From the NCBI GenBank assembly GCA_050633305.1, contig JBOEGF010000042.1:1-64000 (forward strand): DNA of 64,000 nucleotides, read 5' to 3'. Shown here piece by piece: positions 19,377 to 28,662 of the stretch (the first letter of the stretch is position 1; each line of letters opens with the position of its first letter). Under the pieces are notes generated by a model. That model saw only the letters and a list, made by a program, of their open reading frames with translations, was not told where the DNA came from and ran no database searches. This DNA comes from Nannocystales bacterium (GTDB lineage: Bacteria > Myxococcota_A > Polyangia > Nannocystales > Nannocystaceae). The translations under genes and the position numbers were made by a program.

Positions 19377-19961
19377 ATGCCGTGGTCCAAAAGCTTTGAT
19401 GTCGACGAGGCGCTTCAGCGCGCCGAGGAGACGTTTTGGGCCAAGGGCTACGAAGCCACCTCGATGCGCGACTTGCTCACCGCGATGGGCATCCACAAGG
19501 GCAGCTTCTACGACACGTACGGCAGCAAGCACGAGGCGTTCATCGCCGCCTTGGGTAGCTACTCGAAGCGTGCGATTGGTGACCTCGCAGAGATGGGCTC
19601 AGGACTGTCCCCGCGGGAGGCGCTGGCGGCGATGTTCGAGTTCATCACCGCGGACTCCACCGGACCTCAGCGGGAGCGGGGATGCATGCTCATCAACTGC
19701 GCCCTCGAGCTCGCGCCCAGAGACGTCGAGGCCCAGAAGATGGTCCAGAAGGGCTTCAAGCGGCACGAAGCACTCATGAAAACCTGGATCGAGGACGGCC
19801 AGGCAGTCGGGGAGATTCGACCCGAGGTCGACGCCAGCGCGGTCGCCAAAGCCATGCTCGGCCTCATCATGGGGATGCGGGTTCACGCCCGCGCCGGCTC
19901 GGGCAAGGCCACGGTCAAGGCCCTCGCCGACCAAGCGATGGGGTTGCTCGGCGCGCCGTAG
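19377..19961 (+). CDS. TetR/AcrR family regulator (NemR/ComR-like)
   Basis: HTH FW.KGYEATSMRDLL.AMGI.KGSFY.TYGSK and C-terminal RGCMLINCALE. Confidence 0.93.
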   Translation: MPWSKSFDVDEALQRAEETFWAKGYEATSMRDLLTAMGIHKGSFYDTYGSKHEAFIAALGSYSKRAIGDLAEMGSGLSPREALAAMFEFITADSTGPQRERGCMLINCALELAPRDVEAQKMVQKGFKRHEALMKTWIEDGQAVGEIRPEVDASAVAKAMLGLIMGMRVHARAGSGKATVKALADQAMGLLGAP

Positions 19962-20008
19962 CGGCGCTCTTCCCGACGGGTGACCGATTTTTTTTGCCGT
20001 CCTCCATT

Positions 20009-20087
20009 TTGACCGATCGGTCCAGTCAGATTCCGCAGGACATCGTCCACTCTTTTTTTCCCACCCGGGTTTTGACCGTTCGGTCAA
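20009..20087. promoter_or_regulatory. Two palindromic TetR operator sites upstream of the SDR gene
   Basis: TTGACCGATCGGTCCA (20009-20024) and TTGACCGTTCGGTCAA (20072-20087), the same motif as at 19337. Confidence 0.75.
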
Positions 20088-20132
20088 CACATCAACACTC
20101 TCACTCCAAACAACAAGAAACACAGGACAGCC

Positions 20133-20888
20133 ATGGCAGACATCAACCTCCAAGACAAAGTCGCTCTCATCACCGGCGGAACCTCCGGCATCGGCCGCGC
20201 CGCAGCCTTCGCGCTCGCCAAGTCGGGCGCCGCCGTCGTCATCGGCGGACGCCGCGAGCCCGAGGGACGCAGCGTCGTCGAGACCATCACCGCTGAAGGA
20301 GGACGCGCCACGTTCGTGAAGACGGACGTCACCGACGCATCCCAGGTCCAAGCACTCGTTGCGGCAGCAGACACCGAGTACGGCGGCCTCGACATCGCCT
20401 TCAACAACGCGGGTATCGAGGGCGCCGCGCTCGCCCCTCTGGTCGAAGAGACCGAGGAGAACGTTCGCCGGGTGATGGAAGTGAACTTCTTCGGGGTCTG
20501 GAACGCCCTCAAGGCTGAGATTCCGGCGATGCTCCGTCGAGGGGGCGGCTCCATCATCAACACAACCTCAACCGCGGGTCTTCGCGGCTTCGGTGCATTC
20601 TCGTCCTACGTCGCCTCCAAGTTCGCCGTCGAAGGCTTGGTGCGCTCGGTCGCACAAGAGGTCGGAGCCGCAGGCATCCGGGTCAACACCGTAGCCCCCG
20701 GCCCCGTCGCCACCGACTTGCTCGACCGTGCGACCGGAGGCGACCCCTCCGGTTTCCTGCAGATGGTTCCCATGGGCCGCGTCGGCACCCCCAAGGAGGT
20801 CGCAGAGTTGGTCAGGTTCTTGGCTTCGGACCAAGCGAGCTTCGTCAACGGAAGCACCTTCCGCGTCGACGGTGGCATGCTCGGGTGA
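20133..20888 (+). CDS. Short-chain dehydrogenase/reductase
   Basis: TGGTSGIG, AFNNAG, catalytic YVASK and GIRVNTVAPG. Confidence 0.95.
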   Translation: MADINLQDKVALITGGTSGIGRAAAFALAKSGAAVVIGGRREPEGRSVVETITAEGGRATFVKTDVTDASQVQALVAAADTEYGGLDIAFNNAGIEGAALAPLVEETEENVRRVMEVNFFGVWNALKAEIPAMLRRGGGSIINTTSTAGLRGFGAFSSYVASKFAVEGLVRSVAQEVGAAGIRVNTVAPGPVATDLLDRATGGDPSGFLQMVPMGRVGTPKEVAELVRFLASDQASFVNGSTFRVDGGMLG

Positions 20889-20927
20889 GCTTGCTACGCC
20901 GACCACTGCATTCAGGAACGCATGCCC

Positions 20928-21950
20928 TTATGGGGTCAGGAGAACCTTGCCGACGTTCTTTCGGTCCTGAATGTAGTGGTGCGCGGCGGCGGCCTCATCG
21001 AAGCTGAAGCTCTTGTCCACACGCGGAGCGACCACGCCTTCGCGGTACAGGTCGAGGATCTGCTCCATCCAGCCCGCAATTCGTTCGGTCTGGTCCCACA
21101 TCCGGCCCATGTTCACCCCGAACACCCCCTTGTTTTGGTTCATGAGCGTGACCGGGTTGAACTGAAACCAGGGCAGCTGCCAAAGCATCCGAAGCATCGC
21201 CAGGATCGACCGACTCTTGCCGGTCGCGGTCGTGGACATGCCGAACATTCCCATGCGGCCCGTCGGCGCGAGGATCCGGAAGCCCTTGTTGAACGAGTCA
21301 CCGCCGACCGCGTCGCAGATCAACTCCACGCCCGCACCTCCCGTGATCTCCATCGTCCGGGCTTCGAAGTCCTCGCTGCGATAGTCGATGCAGTGGTCGA
21401 CACCGATCGATCGTAGGTACTCGTGTTTTCCAGGAGATGCCGTACCGATGACGGTCGCTCCGATGTGCTTGGCGATCTGCACGGCGGCAATGCCGACCCC
21501 TCCGCCCGCGCTGTGAACGAGGACGGTCTCCCCCGCCATCAACCCCCCCATCACCACCACGAGCTGCCAAGCGGTCAGGTAGGTCACAGGCAACGCTGCT
21601 CCGGTCCGTGCATCCATCCCCTCAGGTCGCCGGAAGACCTGAGCCGCCGGTACACAGACCGCGCTCGAGTAGCCACCGAACTTGCACATCGCCAGGACGT
21701 CCTCGCCCACCCGTTCCGCGTCGACCCCCGGTCCAACCGCATCGATCTTTCCCGCCACTTCGTACCCGACCACGATCGGAATGCCCGGAAGGTCGGGATA
21801 GGTGCCCATGCGCGCCATGATGTCGGCGAAGTTGATGCCCGCGGCCTCCACCGCAATGCGAACTTCACCCTCACCCGGCTCCGGGTCGGCAGCCTCCCGC
21901 ACCTCGAGAACCTCGGGAGCACCGGCCTTGCTGATCCAAACTTGACGCAT
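20928..21950 (-). CDS. MDR-family NADPH oxidoreductase (VAT-1/quinone reductase-like)
   Basis: Start MRQVWISKAG at 21950, with GINFADIMARMG.Y, GYEVAG, VHSAGGGVG and RKNVGKVLL. Confidence 0.92.
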   Translation of the reverse strand: MRQVWISKAGAPEVLEVREAADPEPGEGEVRIAVEAAGINFADIMARMGTYPDLPGIPIVVGYEVAGKIDAVGPGVDAERVGEDVLAMCKFGGYSSAVCVPAAQVFRRPEGMDARTGAALPVTYLTAWQLVVVMGGLMAGETVLVHSAGGGVGIAAVQIAKHIGATVIGTASPGKHEYLRSIGVDHCIDYRSEDFEARTMEITGGAGVELICDAVGGDSFNKGFRILAPTGRMGMFGMSTTATGKSRSILAMLRMLWQLPWFQFNPVTLMNQNKGVFGVNMGRMWDQTERIAGWMEQILDLYREGVVAPRVDKSFSFDEAAAAHHYIQDRKNVGKVLLTP

Positions 21951-22208
21951 CGTCCGCGGAGAGTAACCCGCTGTCTTCCCATCGAACCTCCGAGACGAGT
22001 CCATGAGGGTGCAAAGGTCAGAGCCGCTGCGCCTGACCAAGAGGGGTCGTCGCTCGAACACCCGCGATTCAGCCCCACCGGCGACGCGGCCAGCGTAGGG
22101 CCGCATGTGACACGGCTGCCATCGAGGGTCCACCTCCTCGAAGCATTCGCACCGGGGGAATAGGTCGATGCTTGCGGCGCCTCCCCGTTTGCGCGTATAG
22201 GCAGAGGC

Positions 22209-23495
22209 GTGCCGTCCGAGCCCTCCATCGGTGCTCGCTCCTCGATCCCCAAAGTGGCGGACGGAGCCGAGCCCGGCGTTTGGGGGCGCTTGGTCATCAT
22301 GGACGGCGTGCAACCTCGCGTGGAGGCACTTCGGTTGGGCGAGACGTATGTCGTCGGTCGGTCGCCAGCGTGCGATGTCCGCGTCCAAGATCCGGGGCTT
22401 TCCCGAGAGCATCTCGCGATTCATGTGGCCGAGGTTCTCGAGCTCGAGGACCTCGGGAGTCGCAACGGCACCTTGGCATCGGGTCAGAAACTGACCCCGT
22501 ATGTTCGGGTGATCGTCCCCGACGCCACGCCGATCGACGTCGGCGGCGTGGTGATGGTGCTGCAGGCCTCCCCAGCGGCCAACAAGCGCCGCGAGCCGCC
22601 GATGGAGGTGGTCGAAGCACTCGCCCACAAAGCGGCTCGAAGCGACCTCCCGCTGCTGTTTCTTGGTGAAAGCGGGGTCGGCAAGACCAGGCTCGCCCGC
22701 CAACTTCACGAAGCGTCGCATCGCTCGGAGGGCCCGTTCGTCACCGTGGACTGCGGCACCTTGGGCCCTTCGTTCATCGAGTCCGAACTGTTTGGTCACG
22801 AGGCCGGAGCATTCACCGGCGCCAGCGAACGGCACTTGGGAGTGCTGGAGGCCGCCCGCGGCGGGACCATCTTCATCGACGAGATCGGAGAGCTGCCGAA
22901 GGCGATCCAGACGCGCCTCCTACGAGCCGTTCAGGCGGGGGTCGTTCGGAGGGCGGGAGGATCGCAGGAGCACGCGCTCGATGTTCGGTTCATCTCCGCG
23001 ACCCATCGTGACCTGCTCTCGGAAGTCTCCGAAGGCCGCTTCCGCGAGGACCTCTACTCTCGCCTCTGCGGTTTGGTCCTGCGTCTCCCCCCGCTGCGGT
23101 TGCGACAGGCCGAGATGCCTGGGCTTCTACGCACGTTGATCGAAAACCTGTGCATGGAGGTGGGCGCCGCGGTACCGACACGCCTGGACCCGCAGATCGT
23201 GCAGTGGGCCCAGCGACAACCATGGCCTGGAAACATCCGTCAGCTTCGCAACGTGCTTCTTCGGACGTTGGTGTTGCACGGCGCGATCGAAGTTCGATTC
23301 CTGGCGCGCGCAATGGACGAAGACGGAATGGACTCCGACGGTGGCAGCGACGAGCGGCGAAGGATTGCGGAGGCGCTCGAGGCTTGCGGGGGAGATCAGG
23401 CCGGGGCCGCCAAGAAGCTGGGGATCTCCCGGCGCACCCTGGTCGACCGGCTCGACCGATTCGGATTTCGGCGACCACGAAAACCCCGCCCCTGA
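22209..23495 (+). CDS. FHA-domain sigma54-dependent transcriptional activator (Fis HTH)
   Basis: FHA motifs VGRS/SREH/DLGSRNGT, Walker A GESGVGKT, ESELFGH..GAFTGA, FIDEIGEL, WPGNIRQL and a C-terminal HTH. Confidence 0.93.
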   Translation: MPSEPSIGARSSIPKVADGAEPGVWGRLVIMDGVQPRVEALRLGETYVVGRSPACDVRVQDPGLSREHLAIHVAEVLELEDLGSRNGTLASGQKLTPYVRVIVPDATPIDVGGVVMVLQASPAANKRREPPMEVVEALAHKAARSDLPLLFLGESGVGKTRLARQLHEASHRSEGPFVTVDCGTLGPSFIESELFGHEAGAFTGASERHLGVLEAARGGTIFIDEIGELPKAIQTRLLRAVQAGVVRRAGGSQEHALDVRFISATHRDLLSEVSEGRFREDLYSRLCGLVLRLPPLRLRQAEMPGLLRTLIENLCMEVGAAVPTRLDPQIVQWAQRQPWPGNIRQLRNVLLRTLVLHGAIEVRFLARAMDEDGMDSDGGSDERRRIAEALEACGGDQAGAAKKLGISRRTLVDRLDRFGFRRPRKPRP

Positions 23496-23507
23496 CCGGA
23501 GTGCTTC

Positions 23508-23666
23508 GTGCGAGCCACGGGTGCAGTCCCCGTCATCCTGGCCTTCATCACCACCTTGGTCCTCAACGGGCTCGCCGCCGGCTCCGAGTCCCGGGGCGCA
23601 GGACTCGGCGCCTGGCTGGGATTCGGCTTGGTGATGTTGCTCCTTCGCGGCCTCGAAGCGCTGTAG
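23508..23666 (+). CDS. Possible 52-aa two-helix membrane peptide or gene remnant (below the ORF-track cutoff)
   Basis: GGAG upstream of a GTG start; translation VRATGAVPVILAFITTLVLNGLAAGSESRGAGLGAWLGFGLVMLLLRGLEAL. Confidence 0.35.
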   Translation: MRATGAVPVILAFITTLVLNGLAAGSESRGAGLGAWLGFGLVMLLLRGLEAL

Positions 23667-23709
23667 AAGAGCAAGTGAAAAGTCCCTCGCGCGCTTCGAC
23701 TCTGGCCCA

Positions 23710-24693
23710 TCACACCGCACGCTCGAGTACCCGGATGATGAGGAAGCGGACGCTCATGTTGTAACCGTCGCTCGCAAATACCGTCGGGTCTTCGAGCTCG
23801 CCAACGGCTTCGATGGCGAAGAAACTGTAGGTGTCCCCTTCGAAGTCCAGTGGGGTCACGTGATGGTCAAGTGCGTCGACGACCCCGGCCTCGGTCTCGA
23901 AGCGAACAGCCAGCCGACTCATCTCGTAGATTCCCGCCCCGGGTGCTTGGTCGTACGCCCACGCGCGAGTCCCACAACCAGCGGGCGCGAGCCGGGGCTC
24001 AGGGAGCGGATCCGACCATGTCTGTGAAACCATTAATGGCGGCAAGAAGAAACCGCAGGCGATATCCGGTAAGAGGATCGGGCCATCGCAGGTGAGTAAC
24101 TGCGAGATGACGAGCGGCCCGGATTCGTCACGAACAGCAAAAACAAGTGTGTCTGTTCCCGGATCCAACTTACCGCGAAGGGGTCCACCATATTGGAACA
24201 ACACGGAGACATCTTGGAGTCCGACCAAGGCCTCGAGGTCAACGACGGCCTCCGGAAGCACGACGCCAAGATAGATGACCGATGACCCTCCGCCGTCGGG
24301 GAGCTCGCAGGTGAACTGGAGTGCACCGGCTGTACCGAAAGGAAGGAGGGAGTTCAGCTCTGTCGAATCCAAGGCTCGATCGATTGAGCAGGACACGTCG
24401 TGGGGGCCGACCGTGAAGTCCTCCTCGTTCGCGAGCTTCAGGAAGGCCCCTTGTCGAGGCCAATCCACACCGACCCCTGGTGGGCACGGGTCGACCGGGC
24501 TGTCCGTACTGGAGCTGGGGTTCGTCTCGACGCTGCTAGACTCCTCGCCAGTACTGCTCGTTGCCGTGCTCGGGTTGTCCTGCGGGGTGGTCGTGCCTTC
24601 TGTTTCACTGTCGCCCGCGTTTTCGGAAGACGCGGGGCACCCCAAAGCGATGACTGCCAGCAAGGGAAGAAGGAAGTGTGTCTGATTCAGCAT
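23710..24693 (-). CDS. Hypothetical lipoprotein
   Basis: Start MLNQTHFLLPLLAVIALGC at 24693 overlaps the upstream stop; S/T linker follows. Confidence 0.8.
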   Translation of the reverse strand: MLNQTHFLLPLLAVIALGCPASSENAGDSETEGTTTPQDNPSTATSSTGEESSSVETNPSSSTDSPVDPCPPGVGVDWPRQGAFLKLANEEDFTVGPHDVSCSIDRALDSTELNSLLPFGTAGALQFTCELPDGGGSSVIYLGVVLPEAVVDLEALVGLQDVSVLFQYGGPLRGKLDPGTDTLVFAVRDESGPLVISQLLTCDGPILLPDIACGFFLPPLMVSQTWSDPLPEPRLAPAGCGTRAWAYDQAPGAGIYEMSRLAVRFETEAGVVDALDHHVTPLDFEGDTYSFFAIEAVGELEDPTVFASDGYNMSVRFLIIRVLERAV

Positions 24694-26670
24694 GGGGTAT
24701 TCCACGTGCTGCCGTCCATGTTGATACCGTTGTGGCACGCGATCTTCTTCCACCAGTTAGTGCACGATGTCCCGAAGCCGACGGAAACTGCCTCCGACAC
24801 GTCATAGTATTCGCCTCTGCCCGGTCCTGACGCCCCACTATTCACGATAAACGAAAAAAAGGACATCATTTGCCCCCTATTTAGGGAACACCCACCGCCG
24901 CCATGGTGCATGTCCCAAAGTGCGCGTAGCCAGTCGAAGATATTCCCGTGCCCGTCCCGCGCCGGCGTGCAGGCAGCGGCTCCTTCGCAACACACGTTGA
25001 CCATGCGTCCTCCGGGGGTACTTGCGGCGTCGAAGTTTTCGAGCTCGGTTCGGCTGAGTCCGCCGAAGTTGAACCATCCGTTCGACGCCTTGTGATTCCA
25101 GACTCTCGCGCTAATGAAATGGGCGTAGCCTTCCGTGAAGGCCGTTGAACTCCATTCCTCCGAAGTGGAGTGGTACGGAGCGCCGTTGTTATTGGGGCCA
25201 GTACCGGTGCAGCCAGGTCCGGCACCAGACAATGGCAGAGTATCGTCCTGATTCGGCGTATCTTTGTTCGAAGCAATATGAAGATATGCGTGGCCGTACT
25301 CGTGTGATATCAGAAACTTGGTGCGCGGCAAGTTTTGCGTTGTCAGAATGCTTACGTATGCCTCGCTGGTCGTATGATTATTGTAGTAGTTGTAGTTTAA
25401 GCCTTGGCCCGAAGAGTCCTCCGCAACGTGGATGCCGGAATTCACCATCCCATCGGAGTAGCGATGAAGGGAGCGCGCGAACGCCCCCATCATCGTGGCC
25501 CTCGGAGTGTGATCGCCAACAGGCAGGATGGTTGTAGTTCCTGAACTGAAAGGGACACTGACTGTGTACCAGGAGTACGTCGTCGCCGGGTAACTCGCCT
25601 GGGTCGTTGGGGACCCGTTGTGCACCCGGACGTAGTTACCGTCCGTGTCATCGGCCCTCGCGTACACTCGCACGTTCGCGCTCGTGCCAGCGAAAGGACT
25701 GGTAAATGTCACACATCCTGAAGAGTTGGTATCCAGAGTGGAGCTGCCAATCCTCACGCGGATATTGTTTGCTTTGTACTCAACAGGGTTGTTCGCATTT
25801 TGCCAAACGTCCTCGGTGACGCCGGATGCGGACTGGAATCCAGAGTCAATCGTGTCGACTTCGAAGCGGACGCAGAGTTTCTGCTGGAAGCCGGCTGCGG
25901 TATTGGTGGAGGCTCCAAAACTCTGAGCGGGCAGCGGGTTCGCGTTTTCGTGGTCTTCAACGAGGAGGTCATCTTCGATCGGCTCTGGTTCGACAAACTC
26001 AAACTCCAAGATTCGAGCGGTAGCCTGGTCCTCCGGGTCCTTGCTGGATAGAGCCTCGGGGTCTAGGTTCAGAATGTCACCGGAGGCATGTGAGCCCATG
26101 AGTTGAGCCTCGTCGTACAGCACGACCCCGTCATCCGCAGGATTGTAGTAGAGCGCATCTCCTACCACGTGTTCTTCGATGATTCCGTCCGTCATGACGT
26201 TGGCTGAAACGTACGCCATACCGGCGTAACTCATCGAGTTGCCGCTGTACAAAGCCGAGAGGTCTACCGGAACGATGACCGTCGCTCCAGCTCCCACAAT
26301 CGCTTCCCCAAGCTCGACCACCTTGGTTCTGGTCGTGCCATGATCGCCAACCAGTCGCAGAACCAAAGCGGCCTCCGCGTCGGTTTCGTTTGTGAGAGCG
26401 ACGGTCGTGACCGAGTCTGCTAGGTTTGTGTCCTCGTTGGGAGAGACGTCCTGCCATTCGATGCTGAAGAGGGAAGGCTGGAAGAAGGCAGCCTCGCTGC
26501 CCATCCCTTCGTCAGGCGGTGCTGGAGTGGCCGTTTCCTCCGCGACGGATTGGTGCGAGAACTCAACCAGTCGAGTCGACTCGAGTCGACTCGACGTCCA
26601 GCTCGCATCCAACGCAGGCTACGCCCGCTAGAACCAGGTATGTCGGCATCCTGCCGTTTCGATACCGCAT
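24687..26670 (-). pseudogene. Lipoprotein zinc metalloprotease (HExxH), frameshifted near the 5' end by a 10-bp duplication
   Basis: Main ORF has ISHEYGH followed by AFTEGYAHF. The upstream frame from ATG 26670 encodes MRYRNGRMPTYLVLAGVACVGC-ELDVESTR and then stops. Deleting one TCGAGTCGAC copy fuses the two frames (657 aa). Confidence 0.75.
26571..26594. repeat. Tandem duplication of a 10-bp unit (TCGAGTCGAC x2 + TCGA) whose rotation GAGTCGACTC is palindromic
   Basis: Read directly from the sequence; GAGTCGACTC is its own reverse complement. Confidence 0.9.
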
Positions 26671-26979
26671 TTGGAAGTAATATCAGTTTCGATTCGTGTC
26701 AGTCAAGCGCAAGAGCTGCACCGACCGACCCCGAAGCACTCCCGAAGGCCTCAAGGGCTGGCTCTCGCCGCAGCTCAGACGACGGGACCAGCGATGACAG
26801 TGCGGGGTGTCAAGGCTCGCCTGATACGACCCGGCGAGTTCCGCAGACGCGACCACGCCGAGGAGACCGACGCCTCGGTGCAGCAGATTCGCAGTGCGAT
26901 CGCTCGGCTGGTCGCGAGGCTGAAGGTGCGGTTCAAGGGGAAGATGGCAGCGCGTTGCTACTGAGTCCGGGCGGCGACG

Positions 26980-27729
26980 GTGCGGTCAATCGGCGAGCTT
27001 CTGCGGCCGCTCACCCAGCGCTGGTGCCCGATCCCAGAGCCCGCGCCGGATTTCGAGGTCGAGCCCCGGGATGCACGCGAGGAAGGACAAGAATCGGGAC
27101 TGGTGCTCCTTGGCGAGACCGAGCCTCCCTGCGTCTCAGACGATGCATGCGTGCAACGAGGCCAGGCCGAGGAAGACAGCGGCAACCTGCCGGCCGCGAG
27201 CGTGCACTACCGGACCGGGTGCGACGCAGGGGGCGTGCAGTCGTGTCAGCGGTGGGCCGATACCATCTCCGAAGACGCGCCCGCGCTGGCCCTGCTCCTA
27301 CGAGAGAAGGCCTGCAAGCTCGGCAGCGCCCGGTCCTGTCACAACACGGCCGAGGACCTGCGCGAGACCGATCCCAAGAGGGCGATTGCGCTGTACCTCG
27401 CGGGGTGTCGCTCTCTCCTCGACGGAGACCTCCTGCAGTCCGTCACATGCGGTCGCGGAGCCCCGGTGGCATTCGCGACCCGGGACTTCGAAAGCGCGCG
27501 GTCCATGGCGGAAACGATCTGCACACCCGAGCTCTCCGCGGGCTGTCTCCTGTTGGGTCGGATGCACATCATGGGCCTAGGCCGCCCGGGCGACCTGGCA
27601 AACGCTCGCGCATTCCTCCAGCTCGCGTGCGACCGGGGCCATCAGCACTCGTGCACCGATCTCTTGCAGCTCGACGTTGGACCAGGATCGACGCCAACAC
27701 CGGAGGCTTCACCCGACGAAGTGCCGTGA
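26980..27729 (+). CDS. Sel1-like/Cys-rich TPR repeat protein (start uncertain)
   Basis: Repeats Y..GC..G...SC, EKACKLGSARSC, GCLLLG.M...GLG...D...A...LQLACDRG...SC; no clear signal peptide. Confidence 0.7.
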   Translation: MRSIGELLRPLTQRWCPIPEPAPDFEVEPRDAREEGQESGLVLLGETEPPCVSDDACVQRGQAEEDSGNLPAASVHYRTGCDAGGVQSCQRWADTISEDAPALALLLREKACKLGSARSCHNTAEDLRETDPKRAIALYLAGCRSLLDGDLLQSVTCGRGAPVAFATRDFESARSMAETICTPELSAGCLLLGRMHIMGLGRPGDLANARAFLQLACDRGHQHSCTDLLQLDVGPGSTPTPEASPDEVP

Positions 27730-27749
27730 CTGAACCCGCGACCGGTTCG

Positions 27750-28478
27750 TCAGCAGCCCATCGACTCGCACGCACAGGCCGAGCCCGGGATGAGCTCGGG
27801 CGGCACTGTCTGTGCCACTTGGCATTCGACCAGCGTGTCTGCCTCACCGCACTGCACCAGCATCTCCTCGCACACCCGTGTACTCCCGGCTGCGCCGCAG
27901 GTGACCGAGCACGGTCCACCAGCGCACTTCACCTCGGCTTGCAGGCAGGCTCGCAACCCGAGACACGCGACACCACAAGAGTCCTCCCCCTGACACATGA
28001 ACACTGCACCGGTGCAGGAGTCAGCTCCGCGGCATTCGAACAAACACGGGCCAGGACCGGGGCACATCAGCTGTTGGTCTTGGCAAGGCCGCATCGCGTT
28101 GCAAACAACGACGCACGTCCCCTCCTCGCACATGTCACATGCCGGGTCGCACTCGGTCGATGGTGGTGGCGTGACCTCGCATCCCAACTCTGTCGTACCC
28201 GAGCTCCCAAGCGAGCCGCCGCCGGCCGTGCTCGTCGTAGTTGTATCGCTGGAGGATGCCCTCGTCGTACTCCCAGGCGGCTCCAACGTCATCTGGGAGG
28301 TCGACGAAGTCGAGACACTGGTGGGGTCAACACTCACGCTCGAGTCCGTGCCCTGTTCGGTCGAGCCCGGAAACGCATCGGTATCGTCGTCGTCGAAGGC
28401 CGGGTTGGCCGTACGGCAGCTCAAGGCGGCAACCACCGCAGCGCCTGCCATGACTCGGTGCACGAGCACGTCACTCAT
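27750..28478 (-). CDS. Cys-rich lipoprotein
   Basis: Lipobox ALSC-RTANPAF, S/T linker, and tandem C.G..SC/AC....V.C repeats. Confidence 0.75.
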   Translation of the reverse strand: MSDVLVHRVMAGAAVVAALSCRTANPAFDDDDTDAFPGSTEQGTDSSVSVDPTSVSTSSTSQMTLEPPGSTTRASSSDTTTTSTAGGGSLGSSGTTELGCEVTPPPSTECDPACDMCEEGTCVVVCNAMRPCQDQQLMCPGPGPCLFECRGADSCTGAVFMCQGEDSCGVACLGLRACLQAEVKCAGGPCSVTCGAAGSTRVCEEMLVQCGEADTLVECQVAQTVPPELIPGSACACESMGC

Positions 28479-28662
28479 AATAGGAGAAGCGGTTGCGACG
28501 ATCCACGCCACCGCTCGCTGGTAAGCACGGGCCAGGGCTCAGCGTGCTCAACGCCACCGCCTTTCTCCGGCGAACGGCGGACCGCACCAAGCCGGGACCT
28601 CGACCGGCGGCCGCCCTCACGTCGTTGACAGAGACGGCAGCGCCCTGCAACAACAGCGGTGT

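Noticed and set aside
20928..22835. Apparent 635-aa fusion of an N-terminal domain to the MDR oxidoreductase
   Set aside because: The extension is mostly the antisense of the FHA-sigma54 gene; the real start is MRQVWISK at 21950.
26671..27729. In-frame TGA at 26962-26964 between two same-frame ORFs (possible readthrough or selenocysteine)
   Set aside because: The upstream ORF has no protein-like features or signal peptide and there is no redox-motif context; a decayed or uncertain 5' end of the Sel1 gene is more likely.
26550..28628. Long alternative-frame and antisense ORFs (e.g. 26550..28628, 5194..6921, 33736..35241, 37605..39338, 49323..50900, 61321..62820)
   Set aside because: These are Arg/Gly/Pro-rich or antisense shadow ORFs expected in high-GC DNA, and they overlap genes with clear family motifs.
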